A DNA stretch of 64,000 bases from an uncultured bacterium. Lineage in GTDB: Bacteria > Armatimonadota > Hebobacteria > CAIYQO01. The stretch is from positions 791-64,790 of the forward strand of contig CAZPYA010000009.1 in assembly GCA_964590255.1 (NCBI GenBank). Reading direction: 5' to 3'. Positions 39,322 to 48,400 of the stretch are shown one piece after another. Position numbers and translations under genes: made by a program. Within the stretch, counting starts at the first letter, position 1. Each line of letters begins with the position of its first letter. A model generated the notes under the pieces. It saw nothing but the letters and a program-made list of their open reading frames with translations, was not told the origin of the DNA and ran no database searches.

Positions 39322-40524
39322 TTATGTGCCCGGGGCGCGGAGGCTGGCCTGGGCGAGGCGGCGGATCATCTGGCGCATTTCGGTGGCGTTGCCGGCGTAG
39401 GCGACGGCGTTTTGCTCGGTGATCATGCCGTCGCGGTAGTGGCCGAGGAGCGACATGTTCATCGACTGCATGCCGTAGTAGGCGCCTTCGGTGATGGCCG
39501 CGGGGATGGAGCCGGGGCGGCCTTCCTCGATGAATTTGGCGATGGAGGGGGTGTTGATCATCACTTCCAACGCGCAGACGCGGCGCTTGCCGTCGATGGT
39601 GGGCACCAGTTTCTGCGAGATGACGCCTTTCAGCGTGGTGGAGAGGCGCATGCAGATCTGCTCTTTTTCGTGCGGCGGGAACATATTGACGATGCGTTCG
39701 ATGGTTTCCGCGGCGCTGTTGGTGTGCAGGGTGGAGAAGACCAGGTGGCCCGTTTCGGCCGCGGTCATGCCCACCGCCATTGTTTCCACGTCGCGCATTT
39801 CGCCGACGAGGATGACGTCCGGCGCCTGGCGGAGCACGGCGCGCAGGGCGTCGTGGAAGTTGCCGGTGTCGACGCCGACTTCGCGCTGGCTGACGATGCC
39901 CAGCTTGTCGCGGTGGGAGAACTCGATGGGGTCTTCGATGGTGACGACATTCACGCGGCGGTTGGAGTTGATGAGGTCGATGATGGCTGCCAGCGTGGTG
40001 GTCTTGCCCGAGCCGGTGGGGCCGGTGACGATGACCATGCCCTGCTTGGGGGTGGCGAACTGCGCCAGCACTTTCGGCAGGCCCAGCTCTTCCAACGTGG
40101 GCATTTCCAGCGGAATCAAGCGCATGACGCAGCCCAGCGCGCCGCGCTGCTTGTAGATGTTCACGCGGAAGCGGATAACGTCGGGGATTTCCAGCGCGGT
40201 ATCGCACTCGGGCCGCTGCTTGAATTTCTCGCGCTGCTCCTCGTTCATCACCCCGTAGAAAAAGATTTCATCCATCTGCTTGGGGGTGAGCGGCTCGATG
40301 TCCATCTGCACGATCTTGCCGGAGATGCGCACCGATGGCGGCGCGCCGGCCTTCCAGAAGATGTCCGAGGCGCGCTCTTCCACCGCCTGAACGCAGATGG
40401 CGTCGAAGAAGGAGCGCGGATTCGTCGCCAGCAGGTCCTGCAGCTCCGCTTCCGACATCTTTGGCGAAATGACCTCTTTGATGTCGGTTAAGAGCTCATT
40501 TAACTCCTGTTCGGATTCCGTCAT
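39322..40524 (-). CDS. pilT: type IV pilus retraction ATPase, PilT/PilU family
   Basis: GMVIVTGPTGSGKTTTLAAIID (Walker A), NVVTIEDPIEF, APDVILVGEMRD (Walker B), TGHLVFSTLHTNSAAETIERI. ATG 40524 overlaps the upstream TGA (ATGA). The track's longer start is rejected. Confidence 0.9.
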   Translation of the reverse strand: MTESEQELNELLTDIKEVISPKMSEAELQDLLATNPRSFFDAICVQAVEERASDIFWKAGAPPSVRISGKIVQMDIEPLTPKQMDEIFFYGVMNEEQREKFKQRPECDTALEIPDVIRFRVNIYKQRGALGCVMRLIPLEMPTLEELGLPKVLAQFATPKQGMVIVTGPTGSGKTTTLAAIIDLINSNRRVNVVTIEDPIEFSHRDKLGIVSQREVGVDTGNFHDALRAVLRQAPDVILVGEMRDVETMAVGMTAAETGHLVFSTLHTNSAAETIERIVNMFPPHEKEQICMRLSTTLKGVISQKLVPTIDGKRRVCALEVMINTPSIAKFIEEGRPGSIPAAITEGAYYGMQSMNMSLLGHYRDGMITEQNAVAYAGNATEMRQMIRRLAQASLRAPGT

Positions 40525-41264
40525 GATGGCCCCCTTGTGGGTGGTGTGTCGCTCAAGCCGGCGGCGGCTTTCCAGCGTTCCAGCAGCTTCGCGCCGACCA
40601 GGCCGATGCCCGCGCCGATAAGACCGGCGAGCAGTATCCAAAGCAGTATTCGCCAGATGGGGTGCTGCACCTTCTCGTTCGCGTAACGCGGCATGGCCAC
40701 CGCGTGCAGATTCGGGTCAGAAATCAACACGTTGACGGCATAAATGGCCATGGGGGTGCCCACGCCGGGCGGGCTGACGTCCGGCGGGTCTACCGAGACG
40801 CGCACGCCGTCCGCCGCGAACTGCTGCACTCCGCGGTAGGTGAACGCTCCCTGGACCATATAGCCGATCTGCACTTCCGCGGCGTGCGGCGCCAGCGCTT
40901 CGACAAACGGGGCGATGGGCAGGAAGCCGTCGTTGCGCGGCACCACCGGCATGGTGAAGGTGAGGGCGATGCCTTTGTCGCTGATGTAATCGGCATGGCC
41001 GGTCGTGTATTCGAGGTGGTCGGGCGAGGTGTTCAGCTTCGTGCCGAGCGCCAGCGCGATATCGAGCAGCTTCGCCTTGTCGGTGTTATCGACGATGCGG
41101 ATGGTAACGGAATCCGCGGCGCCGGCGGCGGTCATGTCCGCCATCACGCCGACGATGGCCTTGCCGCGGGCAGCCTGCGCCGCCGCCGGCGGCGCGGCGA
41201 CCCCCAGCGCGAGCAGGGCGATGAGCAGGGGCCATACACAGGTGATGCGGCGCAGATTGTTCAC
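40521..41264 (-). CDS. hypothetical bitopic membrane protein, translationally coupled to pilT
   Basis: N-terminal signal/anchor ITCVWPLLIALLALGVAAPPAAAQA and C-terminal TM IWRILLWILLAGLIGAGIGLVGAKLL. Start is uncertain (GTG 41264 proposed); the track start at 41426 runs through the tRNA gene. Confidence 0.6.
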   Translation of the reverse strand: MNNLRRITCVWPLLIALLALGVAAPPAAAQAARGKAIVGVMADMTAAGAADSVTIRIVDNTDKAKLLDIALALGTKLNTSPDHLEYTTGHADYISDKGIALTFTMPVVPRNDGFLPIAPFVEALAPHAAEVQIGYMVQGAFTYRGVQQFAADGVRVSVDPPDVSPPGVGTPMAIYAVNVLISDPNLHAVAMPRYANEKVQHPIWRILLWILLAGLIGAGIGLVGAKLLERWKAAAGLSDTPPTRGPS

Positions 41265-41365
41265 GGAGGTGTGATACCCATCCCGGCGAGCCGGCAACCG
41301 GATGGCCAGTGACGCGGCAAGAAAAAACCGCCCGGCATCAGTGCGCGAGCGGTGTGCAAACTGGG

Positions 41366-41441
41366 TGGTGGAGCCAGACGGACTCGAACCGACGACCCCT
41401 TGCATGCCATGCAAGTGCTCTCCCAACTGAGCTATGGCCCC
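41366..41441 (-). tRNA. tRNA-Ala: tRNA-Ala (anticodon GGC), CCA encoded
   Basis: GGGGCCATAGCTCAGTTGGGAGAGCACTTGCATGGCATGCAAGGGGTCGTCGGTTCGAGTCCGTCTGGCTCCACCA. Cloverleaf folds by hand with the G3:U70 Ala identity pair, anticodon loop A-T-GGC-A-T and T-loop TTCGAGT. There is one U-U mismatch in the T stem. Confidence 0.9.
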
Positions 41442-41564
41442 ACGTGAACGACGAGATGATACCGAATTTTTTTCTCCCTGTCAAGGTGCCGGCCACAGCA
41501 AATCTATGCGAGCCGCATTGCCGTGCCGGAAGACGCGGAGTACAATGCCAGCGGGGTGCCTGAC

Positions 41565-42596
41565 ATGCCGGAACCGATGACAATTGACGGCCATCACCTG
41601 CTGTGCGCGGTCTGCGCGCGGGGCGGGTGCCCGACGATGCCGGACGAGGCGGTACTGTCGCCGCTGCTGATGGCGATGTGGGAAGACCCGTACCTGCCGC
41701 TGCGCCTCACCGCGGACGTGGACGCCACCTGCGCGCATTTCGCGGCCATTGCCGCCGGCGAGACCACGGCGCCGGACGACCACGTGCTGCGCCGGAAGGA
41801 TCTGGCGGTGCTGCGCATACTCGGCCTGGCGCCGGGCGGGGTGCTGCCGGCCTTCTGGGCGTACCGCATCCTCTTCAGCCGCCAGCCGACGCTGGCGGGC
41901 TTGTGCCGCACCGAATCCGCGCCCTCTGCCGCCTGGCCGGAGTGCCCGCACGCACGCGGCGGCTATTACGAGCGCATCGCCGGCGATGGCGAGGTGGGCA
42001 ACCTGAGCGTGCAGCGCGAGCTGGGCGAGGAGCTGGCCGGGCGCGGCTTGTGGGCGATGGTGAAGCCGCGCACCCGCGGCGAGATGGCGGCGGCGAAGGC
42101 GGCCTCCGCGGCGCGCATCATGGCCGCGGAGCGGCTCTTCATCCGCCCCAACCACCTGCTGTGCATCCTCTGCACCGCCGTCCAGGACGCGCCGCTGGCG
42201 GAAGACAACCTGATCGAGCTGCGCCGGCGCATGGAGGCAGACCCGTCCATCCCGGTGACGCTCACCGAGGGATGCTGCATGGTGTGCGACCCGTGCAATG
42301 TCTACGATCCCCGGCGGCACCTGTGCTACCACGCGCACATCAAAAATAGCCTGCGCGACCTGATGATTCTCGAACGGCTGGGCCTGCCGCCCGGCGCCAC
42401 GCTGCCCGCGGGCGATTTATACGCGCTGATTTACGCGAAGATCGAGGCACAGAAAACGATCTGCGGCTGGGGTGATGGCGCTAACACCGCGCCGTGCTGG
42501 GCGCCATGCGGGTATGACACCCCCGCTTACGCCGAGGCGCGCGCGGGGGGCTTGCTGGCCGGCGCCATTGAGCACACGCCGACGCCCGGTCGATAA
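41565..42596 (+). CDS. Cys-rich protein with two DUF1284-like halves
   Basis: Two copies of the DUF1284-type opening motif: IDGHHLLCAVCARGGC (N-terminal half) and IRPNHLLCILCTAV...EGCCMVCDPC (C-terminal half). Start is uncertain (ATG 41565 or 41577; the track uses GTG 41523). Family call is from memory of the motif, not an HMM. Confidence 0.6.
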   Translation: MPEPMTIDGHHLLCAVCARGGCPTMPDEAVLSPLLMAMWEDPYLPLRLTADVDATCAHFAAIAAGETTAPDDHVLRRKDLAVLRILGLAPGGVLPAFWAYRILFSRQPTLAGLCRTESAPSAAWPECPHARGGYYERIAGDGEVGNLSVQRELGEELAGRGLWAMVKPRTRGEMAAAKAASAARIMAAERLFIRPNHLLCILCTAVQDAPLAEDNLIELRRRMEADPSIPVTLTEGCCMVCDPCNVYDPRRHLCYHAHIKNSLRDLMILERLGLPPGATLPAGDLYALIYAKIEAQKTICGWGDGANTAPCWAPCGYDTPAYAEARAGGLLAGAIEHTPTPGR

Positions 42597-42602
42597 AGCC
42601 GT

Positions 42603-43706
42603 ATGCACGCGATGAAGGACACCCCGATGGATACGGTATATCTGGACGGTTCGCACGGCGAAGGCGGCGGGCAGATTCTGCGCACCGCGGCGTCGCTGGC
42701 GGCGATGACCGGCACGCCGGTGGAAATCAGCCACATCCGCGCCGGCCGGTCGAAACCCGGGCTGCAGCCGCAGCACCTGGCGGCGGTGACGGCCGCGGCG
42801 CGCCTGTGCAACGCCGAGTTGCACGGCGCCACGGTCGGCTCCAGCTTCCTGCGCTTCACCCCGCGGGCGGCGGTGGCGCCGGGCGCGCATGACATCGACA
42901 TCGGCACCGCCGGCGCTGCGCCGCTGGTGCTTCAGACGCTGCTGCTGCCGCTGGCCGTGGCCAATGCGGAGTGCAACTCCGCGCTCACAGCGTCCCGCGT
43001 CACCATTACCGGCGGCACCCATGTGCCGCACGCGCCGACGGGCGAATACCTGCTCGGCGTCTACCTGCCGGCGCTGACACGCATGGGCATCACGGCGACG
43101 GCGGCGATGCCGCGGGCGGGCTTTTACCCGCGTGGCGGCGGCGCGTTGCGAGCGGAGATCGCCCCGGCGGGCCGGCTGTTGCCCCTCACGCTGTGCGAGC
43201 GCGGGAAAATACTGGAGTTGACCGCGCACGTCCTCACCGCGCTGCTGCCCGACCACGTGGGCGAGCGCGGCCGCGAGGCGGCCGAACGCGCGCTGGGCAA
43301 GCTGGGCTTTTCCGGCCAGGTAATCCAGACGGCGCTGCCGTCCAATGGCCCGGGGGCAGCGGCGGTGCTCACCGTGCGCTGCGAGGGCGGGCACGCCGGC
43401 TTTTCCGCGCTGGGCGTCCGCGGCAAGCCGATGGAGCGCGTGGTCGAGGAAGCGTTCGCCGATTTCTTGCGCTGGTGGAAGACCGGCGCCGCCTGCGACG
43501 AGCACCTGGCCGACCAACTCGTCCTCCCCGCGGCCCTCGCCCCCGGCGAGAGCCGCTGGTCCGCCCCCGCCGCCAGCCCGCACCTGCGCACCGTGCTGTG
43601 GGTGGCGGCGCAGTTTGTGCCCATCCGCTACGCCATCGACGCGCGGGCAGATGGATTCATCGAGGTGCGACTCACGCACGACATTTCAGGCGATGCCGGG
43701 GATTGA
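42603..43706 (+). CDS. rtcA: RNA 3'-terminal phosphate cyclase
   Basis: LDGSHGEGGGQILRTAASLAAMTGTPVEISHIRAGRSKPGLQPQHLAAV...GFYPRGGG...EHLADQLVLPAAL...SPHLRTVLWV is collinear with E. coli RtcA, including the catalytic His region. Confidence 0.93.
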   Translation: MHAMKDTPMDTVYLDGSHGEGGGQILRTAASLAAMTGTPVEISHIRAGRSKPGLQPQHLAAVTAAARLCNAELHGATVGSSFLRFTPRAAVAPGAHDIDIGTAGAAPLVLQTLLLPLAVANAECNSALTASRVTITGGTHVPHAPTGEYLLGVYLPALTRMGITATAAMPRAGFYPRGGGALRAEIAPAGRLLPLTLCERGKILELTAHVLTALLPDHVGERGREAAERALGKLGFSGQVIQTALPSNGPGAAAVLTVRCEGGHAGFSALGVRGKPMERVVEEAFADFLRWWKTGAACDEHLADQLVLPAALAPGESRWSAPAASPHLRTVLWVAAQFVPIRYAIDARADGFIEVRLTHDISGDAGD

Positions 43707-43765
43707 CAACCCGCCGTACCGGGGATAAGATAGCAGATATAGTTGTACAACATGTACAACTATAT
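43703..43765 (+). promoter_or_regulatory. TA-module promoter plus palindromic operator
   Basis: TTGACA (43703-43708), 17 nt, TAAGAT (43726-43731). The 29-nt palindrome ATATAGTTGTACA-ACA-TGTACAACTATAT (43737-43765) lies just downstream. SD GGAAGAGGGG then precedes ATG 43786. Confidence 0.65.
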
Positions 43766-43785
43766 CCACCGGAAGAGGGGATATT

Positions 43786-44034
43786 ATGGCAGCACTGGCT
43801 GACATCACCACCAGCGGCATCGCCTGGTTCCGCGCGCACCTGTCGGAAATTCTCGACCGGGTGACGTTTCAGAATACCTGCGTATTGCTGAAGCGGAATA
43901 AGCGCGTGCGGGCGATCATTCTGCCGCTATACAGCACGCAGCATCTGGAAGAGCGGTTGATGCGTTTCCTCGCGGAAGACAAGGCACTTGCGGCAATGGA
44001 AGAGGAACGTCCGACGCGTGAAGGAAAGCCATAA
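43786..44034 (+). CDS. Phd/YefM-type antitoxin
   Basis: FRAHLSEILDRVTFQNTCVLLKRNKRVRAIILPL fits the Phd/YefM N-terminal pattern (R..L.E.LD.V......V.I.R.G...AVL). 82 aa, immediately upstream of a RelE/ParE-like ORF. Confidence 0.7.
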   Translation: MAALADITTSGIAWFRAHLSEILDRVTFQNTCVLLKRNKRVRAIILPLYSTQHLEERLMRFLAEDKALAAMEEERPTREGKP

Positions 44035-44048
44035 CGCTGTCGCGAACA

Positions 44049-44395
44049 ATGCAGGGAGGAGTGAATGGCTCTATGCTGGTCGTTACATATGCACCCATGG
44101 CCGAAAATGATCTGGACCACATTCGCGCACACCATCCGGGTCATGCGAGCCGGATACTGCATCTGATCGCACGCTGGTCACAGACACCCCCTCGGATTGC
44201 GAGCCGCTCACGTATCCGAAAAATGCACGGATGATCACCGTTGAGCTGGGAAAGTCCCGTTATGCGATTGTCTTTTTGCATCGCGACGCACCGCAAAACG
44301 AGTTGCGTGTCGTGGCCGTATGCTCATCGTATCAATGCGAAACCGCTGATATTGCAGAAGACGATCGCGACTATTTCGACATCAGTCTGACATGA
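44049..44395 (+). pseudogene. RelE/ParE-family toxin, apparently frameshifted
   Basis: The N-terminal part is in one frame (MLVVTYAPMAENDLDHIRAHHPGHASRILHLIARWSQTPP, stop 44232-44234). The C-terminal part is in the -1/+2 frame (...DCEPLTYPKNARMITVELGKSRYAIVFLHRDAPQNELRVVAVCS..., stop 44393-44395). The frames overlap over 44106-44234, and a C5 run (ACACCCCCTCGG, about 44180s) is a plausible slip site. Confidence 0.55.
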
Positions 44396-44396
44396 C

Positions 44397-44954
44397 TCAC
44401 TTCGCGCCACCCCCAATATACCGCACATCGTGCCCCGCCGCATGCGCCTGCTCGATGTGCCGGTAGATGACGCGGATATCCGGGGGCATTTCGTCCAGCG
44501 CCCAGCGGCGTTCTTCGGGGAGGAGTCGCATCCAGACGCGCTGGCGCTGCTCGGCGTCCTGAATGCTCCACCAGTGCAGAAAATCGCGCCGGCGGTCCGC
44601 GTCGCTCGCGAAGAGCGGTGTCGCCGCGCCGTCCAGCAGGCGGTCGTGAGGCCAGCGGAGCGGCGGGTCCAACAGCATGAGGAACGGCGTGATGCCGAAG
44701 AGGATGGCGAATGGCAGCAGATCGAGATCGCGCAGCACCATGAAAATGTCGATATAGTAGATGGCGGCGTAGGTGGAGATGACCAGCAACAGACCCCAGA
44801 CCGCGCCGTGCCGCAGGCGCAGCAGCAACAGCCACAGGACGAACGGCACCACCAGCAGCGGCGCCGTCTCGATCCGCGTGAGCATGCCCCATCCCATCAG
44901 TAGTAACAATCCCACCACCGCGCCCCAGGCGATCATGTAGGATAGCGGTCGCAT
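44397..44954 (-). CDS. hypothetical membrane protein
   Basis: SD GGGAGG lies 7 nt before ATG 44954. Four hydrophobic helices (AWGAVVGLLLLMGWGML, LLVVPFVLWLLLL, VWGLLLVISTYAAIYYIDIFMV, LLPFAILFGITPFLMLL), then a soluble C-terminal region. The track N-terminus is rejected. Confidence 0.7.
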   Translation of the reverse strand: MRPLSYMIAWGAVVGLLLLMGWGMLTRIETAPLLVVPFVLWLLLLRLRHGAVWGLLLVISTYAAIYYIDIFMVLRDLDLLPFAILFGITPFLMLLDPPLRWPHDRLLDGAATPLFASDADRRRDFLHWWSIQDAEQRQRVWMRLLPEERRWALDEMPPDIRVIYRHIEQAHAAGHDVRYIGGGAK

Positions 44955-45312
44955 CGCACACCTCCCTGCATGAGCGGAGACCGGGTTGCACGGCGATGGC
45001 ATCTCGGGGGCATGAGACTGCAGCGCTCTAACGAATCCCGTCTTCTCTTCTCCCGTATCTATTCCATACTCGCCGGTTATTTTTACAGCGCGCCGGTGAA
45101 AACGTGCCTGGCACAAGGGACCCCACCATTCATCGAAAACACGAGGGGCTGACTCTTCATCGGAAAATGGATCGGTTCCGATGCCCGCGCCGCCGCCAGC
45201 CGCGAAAAGAATGAAAGCGCTGCTGTCGTCGGCGCCTCGGCGTCAATGGTATTGCCTATCGCCAGGTAGGCGCCCTCTTTTTGTCTATTTCAAGTCTTTC
45301 GCATCCTCGTTC

Positions 45313-45364
45313 GGCCCTCACCCCCCTGCCCCCCTCTCCCAATCCTGGGAGAGGGGGGTGAAGC
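45313..45364. repeat. family B GC-rich hairpin element
   Basis: ggccctcacccccctgcccccctctcccaatcctgggagaggggggtg, with hairpin CCCCTCTCCCA-ATCC-TGGGAGAGGGG. Related copies lie at 36571-36612 (gccctcacccccagcccctctcccaatgctgggcgagggg) and 38630-38665. Confidence 0.75.
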
Positions 45365-45465
45365 GAAAATCCTGTATTTATACGATTGCCCGGTAGAATA
45401 CCGGCACGGAATGCAGGGATTTGCCGCCGCATGGCGGATATATAACATCTGTCACTTTTCGGTGA

Positions 45466-48400
45466 ATGGAGACCACAATGAACGGTACCCTGCGACGATC
45501 CTTGCCCGCGCTGTTGCTGCTGTGCGCGCTGGCGCTGTGCGCCGCGGCCGGCCGATGCGCCGAGCTGCCCGCCTTGAAGACCGGCGGCAAGGCCGGCGGG
45601 CCGATTGCGATTCTATTCGTCGGCCCTTATGCCGGCATGGACGGCGCCTACGCGGCCGAATTGACGCGGCAAGGCGCGGTGTTTGCCAACGCTTCGTTTT
45701 TTACGCCGTTGTCCGACGCGTTCTTCCAGCGCTTCAACGTCATCGTCATCGACAAGCTGCCGTTTATCGGCGAAGAATTCGATACGTTCGGCCAGCGCAT
45801 GATGACGTATTGGGCGAACATGCGAAAAATCCGGCAGCGCGCCGCGGAAGGCGCCGGGGTGCTGGTCTACGTGAATGTCACCGACGGCGGCGGGGCGAAC
45901 GCCGGGGGATGGAACCAGGAGATGCAGCCCTGGGGCATCCAGATTCAGCAGGCCTGCATCCGCGACGCGGCCCGGCGCATCGAACCATGGAACGTCTACG
46001 GCGGCGAGTGCTACTACTCCTGGACGGAAAACCTGGCGAAGCATCCGGTGACCGACGGCCTGAAACGCATCTACTGGCCATCGGTGAATATGCGTTGGGA
46101 CGATTGTTATGCCGCGCCGCCGCTGCTTGCTGATAAGAACTGGACGCCGCTGGTGATGGCGATGCCCGGCGCCACCGCCGCGCGCCAGGTCGATGACAAA
46201 TGGGTCGATGATCCCCAGTCGAAAGACGGGCTGGTGCTGTGCGCGGTGCGCCCGGTGGGCAAAGGCCGCGTGGCGGCCCTCGCCATCCATCCCTGGTACA
46301 CCCACGGGATGGGCTACACGAAAGTCGCGAGCAAGTCGGTGGGCGAGATGAGCCCGGGCATCATCGACGGCATCATCCTGAAAAAGGGCGACGGCACGGT
46401 GCCCAGCGACACCGGCGCGCTGGTGTCGCGCCTGTATGCCTGGCTGGCGGGCGACTCCGCGGCCGCCGGTTTCGGCGGCTACCAAACCGGCGATCCGATC
46501 CAAACTGACCCGCCGCTGCTCACCGAGGAAGAGAAGCAGTTCAAGCCGGTGCTGGATTTTGACGGCAATGTCTTTCCCCCATCCTGGCGCCACCGCGGCG
46601 CGCTGGTGCGCACGGCCGACAACCAGTATTACCCGGAGGTGAGCGATCCGCTGCTGACCGGTCCGCTGCACTTCTACAAGGCGCTCATCGGCGCGCGGAC
46701 GAAGCTGAGCGATGGCAAAGGGACGGTAGCCGACTACGCGAAACAGGCGAAGAAGGCCGGCTATGCGCTCATCGTCTTCACCGAGACCTTCGAGAAGCTC
46801 ACATTTGCGGAGTGGCGCGAACTAGTCGCCCAGTGCGCGAAATACAGCTCCGATACCTTTGTCTGCCTGCCCGGCTACGACATTCAGGACCCGGATGGCA
46901 ACCATTTCGTGCTCATCGGCCCGCCGGAGCTGCCCCGCGCCTCGTGGCTGACGGCGGACGGCACGCGGTTGGCGAAGACACAGATGGTCAACTTCCTCTT
47001 CTATAATCACATGGTCGTCTGCCATCGTCCCGCCGCCGGCCCGCTGCCCTACGAGCGGCTGAAGCACTTCCAGGGGATATCCGTCTACACCTATCGCGGG
47101 GGGAAGGTCGTCGACGACGGCCTGAAGGCCTACCAGTGGAAGGTGGAAAGCGCTTCGAACCCGCACCCCATCGTCGTGCATGAGCTATTCAGCCCTTCCG
47201 AGGTGGCACAAGCGGCGAAGACGGGCTTCCAGCAGTTGATGCCATCGGATACCGTGCGCAACGCGGTGGCCTACTTCCGCATCGGCTCGCCGCACTTCTT
47301 CGAGGCGCCGGCGCGCTACCTGATCAGCGAAGGGCCGCAGGTACACACCTGGGTCAGCAGCCCGAAGGACATCGGCCCGGCGTCGGAAAATCGCACGCAC
47401 TTTCGGGTGGCCGTTGGCGTGCGCAGCGACGTGCCGCTCAAATCGGTGCTGCTCTATGACGGCACACATCTGCTGCGGCGCTGGCTGCCCGGCACGACGG
47501 AGTTCCAGGCGATGGCCGATTTCGAGCACTGTCGCCAATACGATCTCTTCATCATCGCCGAGGACGCGAACGGCCGCCGTGCCATCACCAATTCCATCCG
47601 CACCGTCGCCGAGCGTTATCACTACCGCTGCGGTGACCGGCAGAACTGGCTCTCCGATGTCGGCTTCCACAACTGCTATACCGGCTCGCGCCTGCCCGAC
47701 GGCCTGGACTTCATCATGCCGGTGAAGGGCACCGCGGAAGCGAGCAGCCTCTTCCCGAACGTGCGCGGCGCGATGATGGCGCCGAAGATCACCTTCCCCT
47801 TTACCTGCAACGACGTAGTGGTGCAAGACGTGCTGCTGGACGAAAAATATACCCGGGCGCTCATCGATGAGGTGGGGCTGGACGCCATGCCCAGCCTTCT
47901 CAGCCAGCCAAGCGACGTCTACACCGCGCGCCGGCGTAATTACAGCTTCACGCCCGGACGGACCGGCAAGCACTGGATCGTGCTGACGGAGTATGAGATC
48001 ACGCTGAAGCGCGACGTCGAGCCGGTCAATCCCGCCGGGCTGTTCCCCGCCTTCAGCCGGCTGCGCACCAGCAAATATTATCGCTGGGAGAATGGAAAGC
48101 TGGCCACCAGCGAGATAACCGGCACCACCGTGCAGGATGTCCCGGCCGGCACGCTGGCGGGTGGGTATATCGCCATGGGCCCGGGCCTGCAGGTGCGCGA
48201 CGGTCAGTTCGGCCTGGCGCCACACGCGGGCAACCCGGCCAAACTCCCCGCCGGCACGAAGCGCACCGCGCGCTTCCTGTACGCCTACAACGGTTTTTCG
48301 CCCTACGCGTGGAACTGGAAGGGCGGTTACGGCTTTGACGACGAACCGGAGGGGCTGCTGCGCGCCATGGGCTTCGCCGGTCCCACGCCGTATCAATTGA

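Noticed and set aside
41264-41426. Track start of ORF 40521..41426 and the small ORFs 41309..41563(+) and 41338..41583(-)
   Set aside because: They read through the tRNA-Ala gene (41366-41441). The real protein gene must start downstream of the tRNA.
41366-45200. Integrated mobile element or prophage at the tRNA-Ala gene
   Set aside because: No integrase, no direct repeat of the tRNA 3' end, and no phage genes are present. The flanking genes (DUF1284-like, rtcA, TA pair) show normal high-GC composition.
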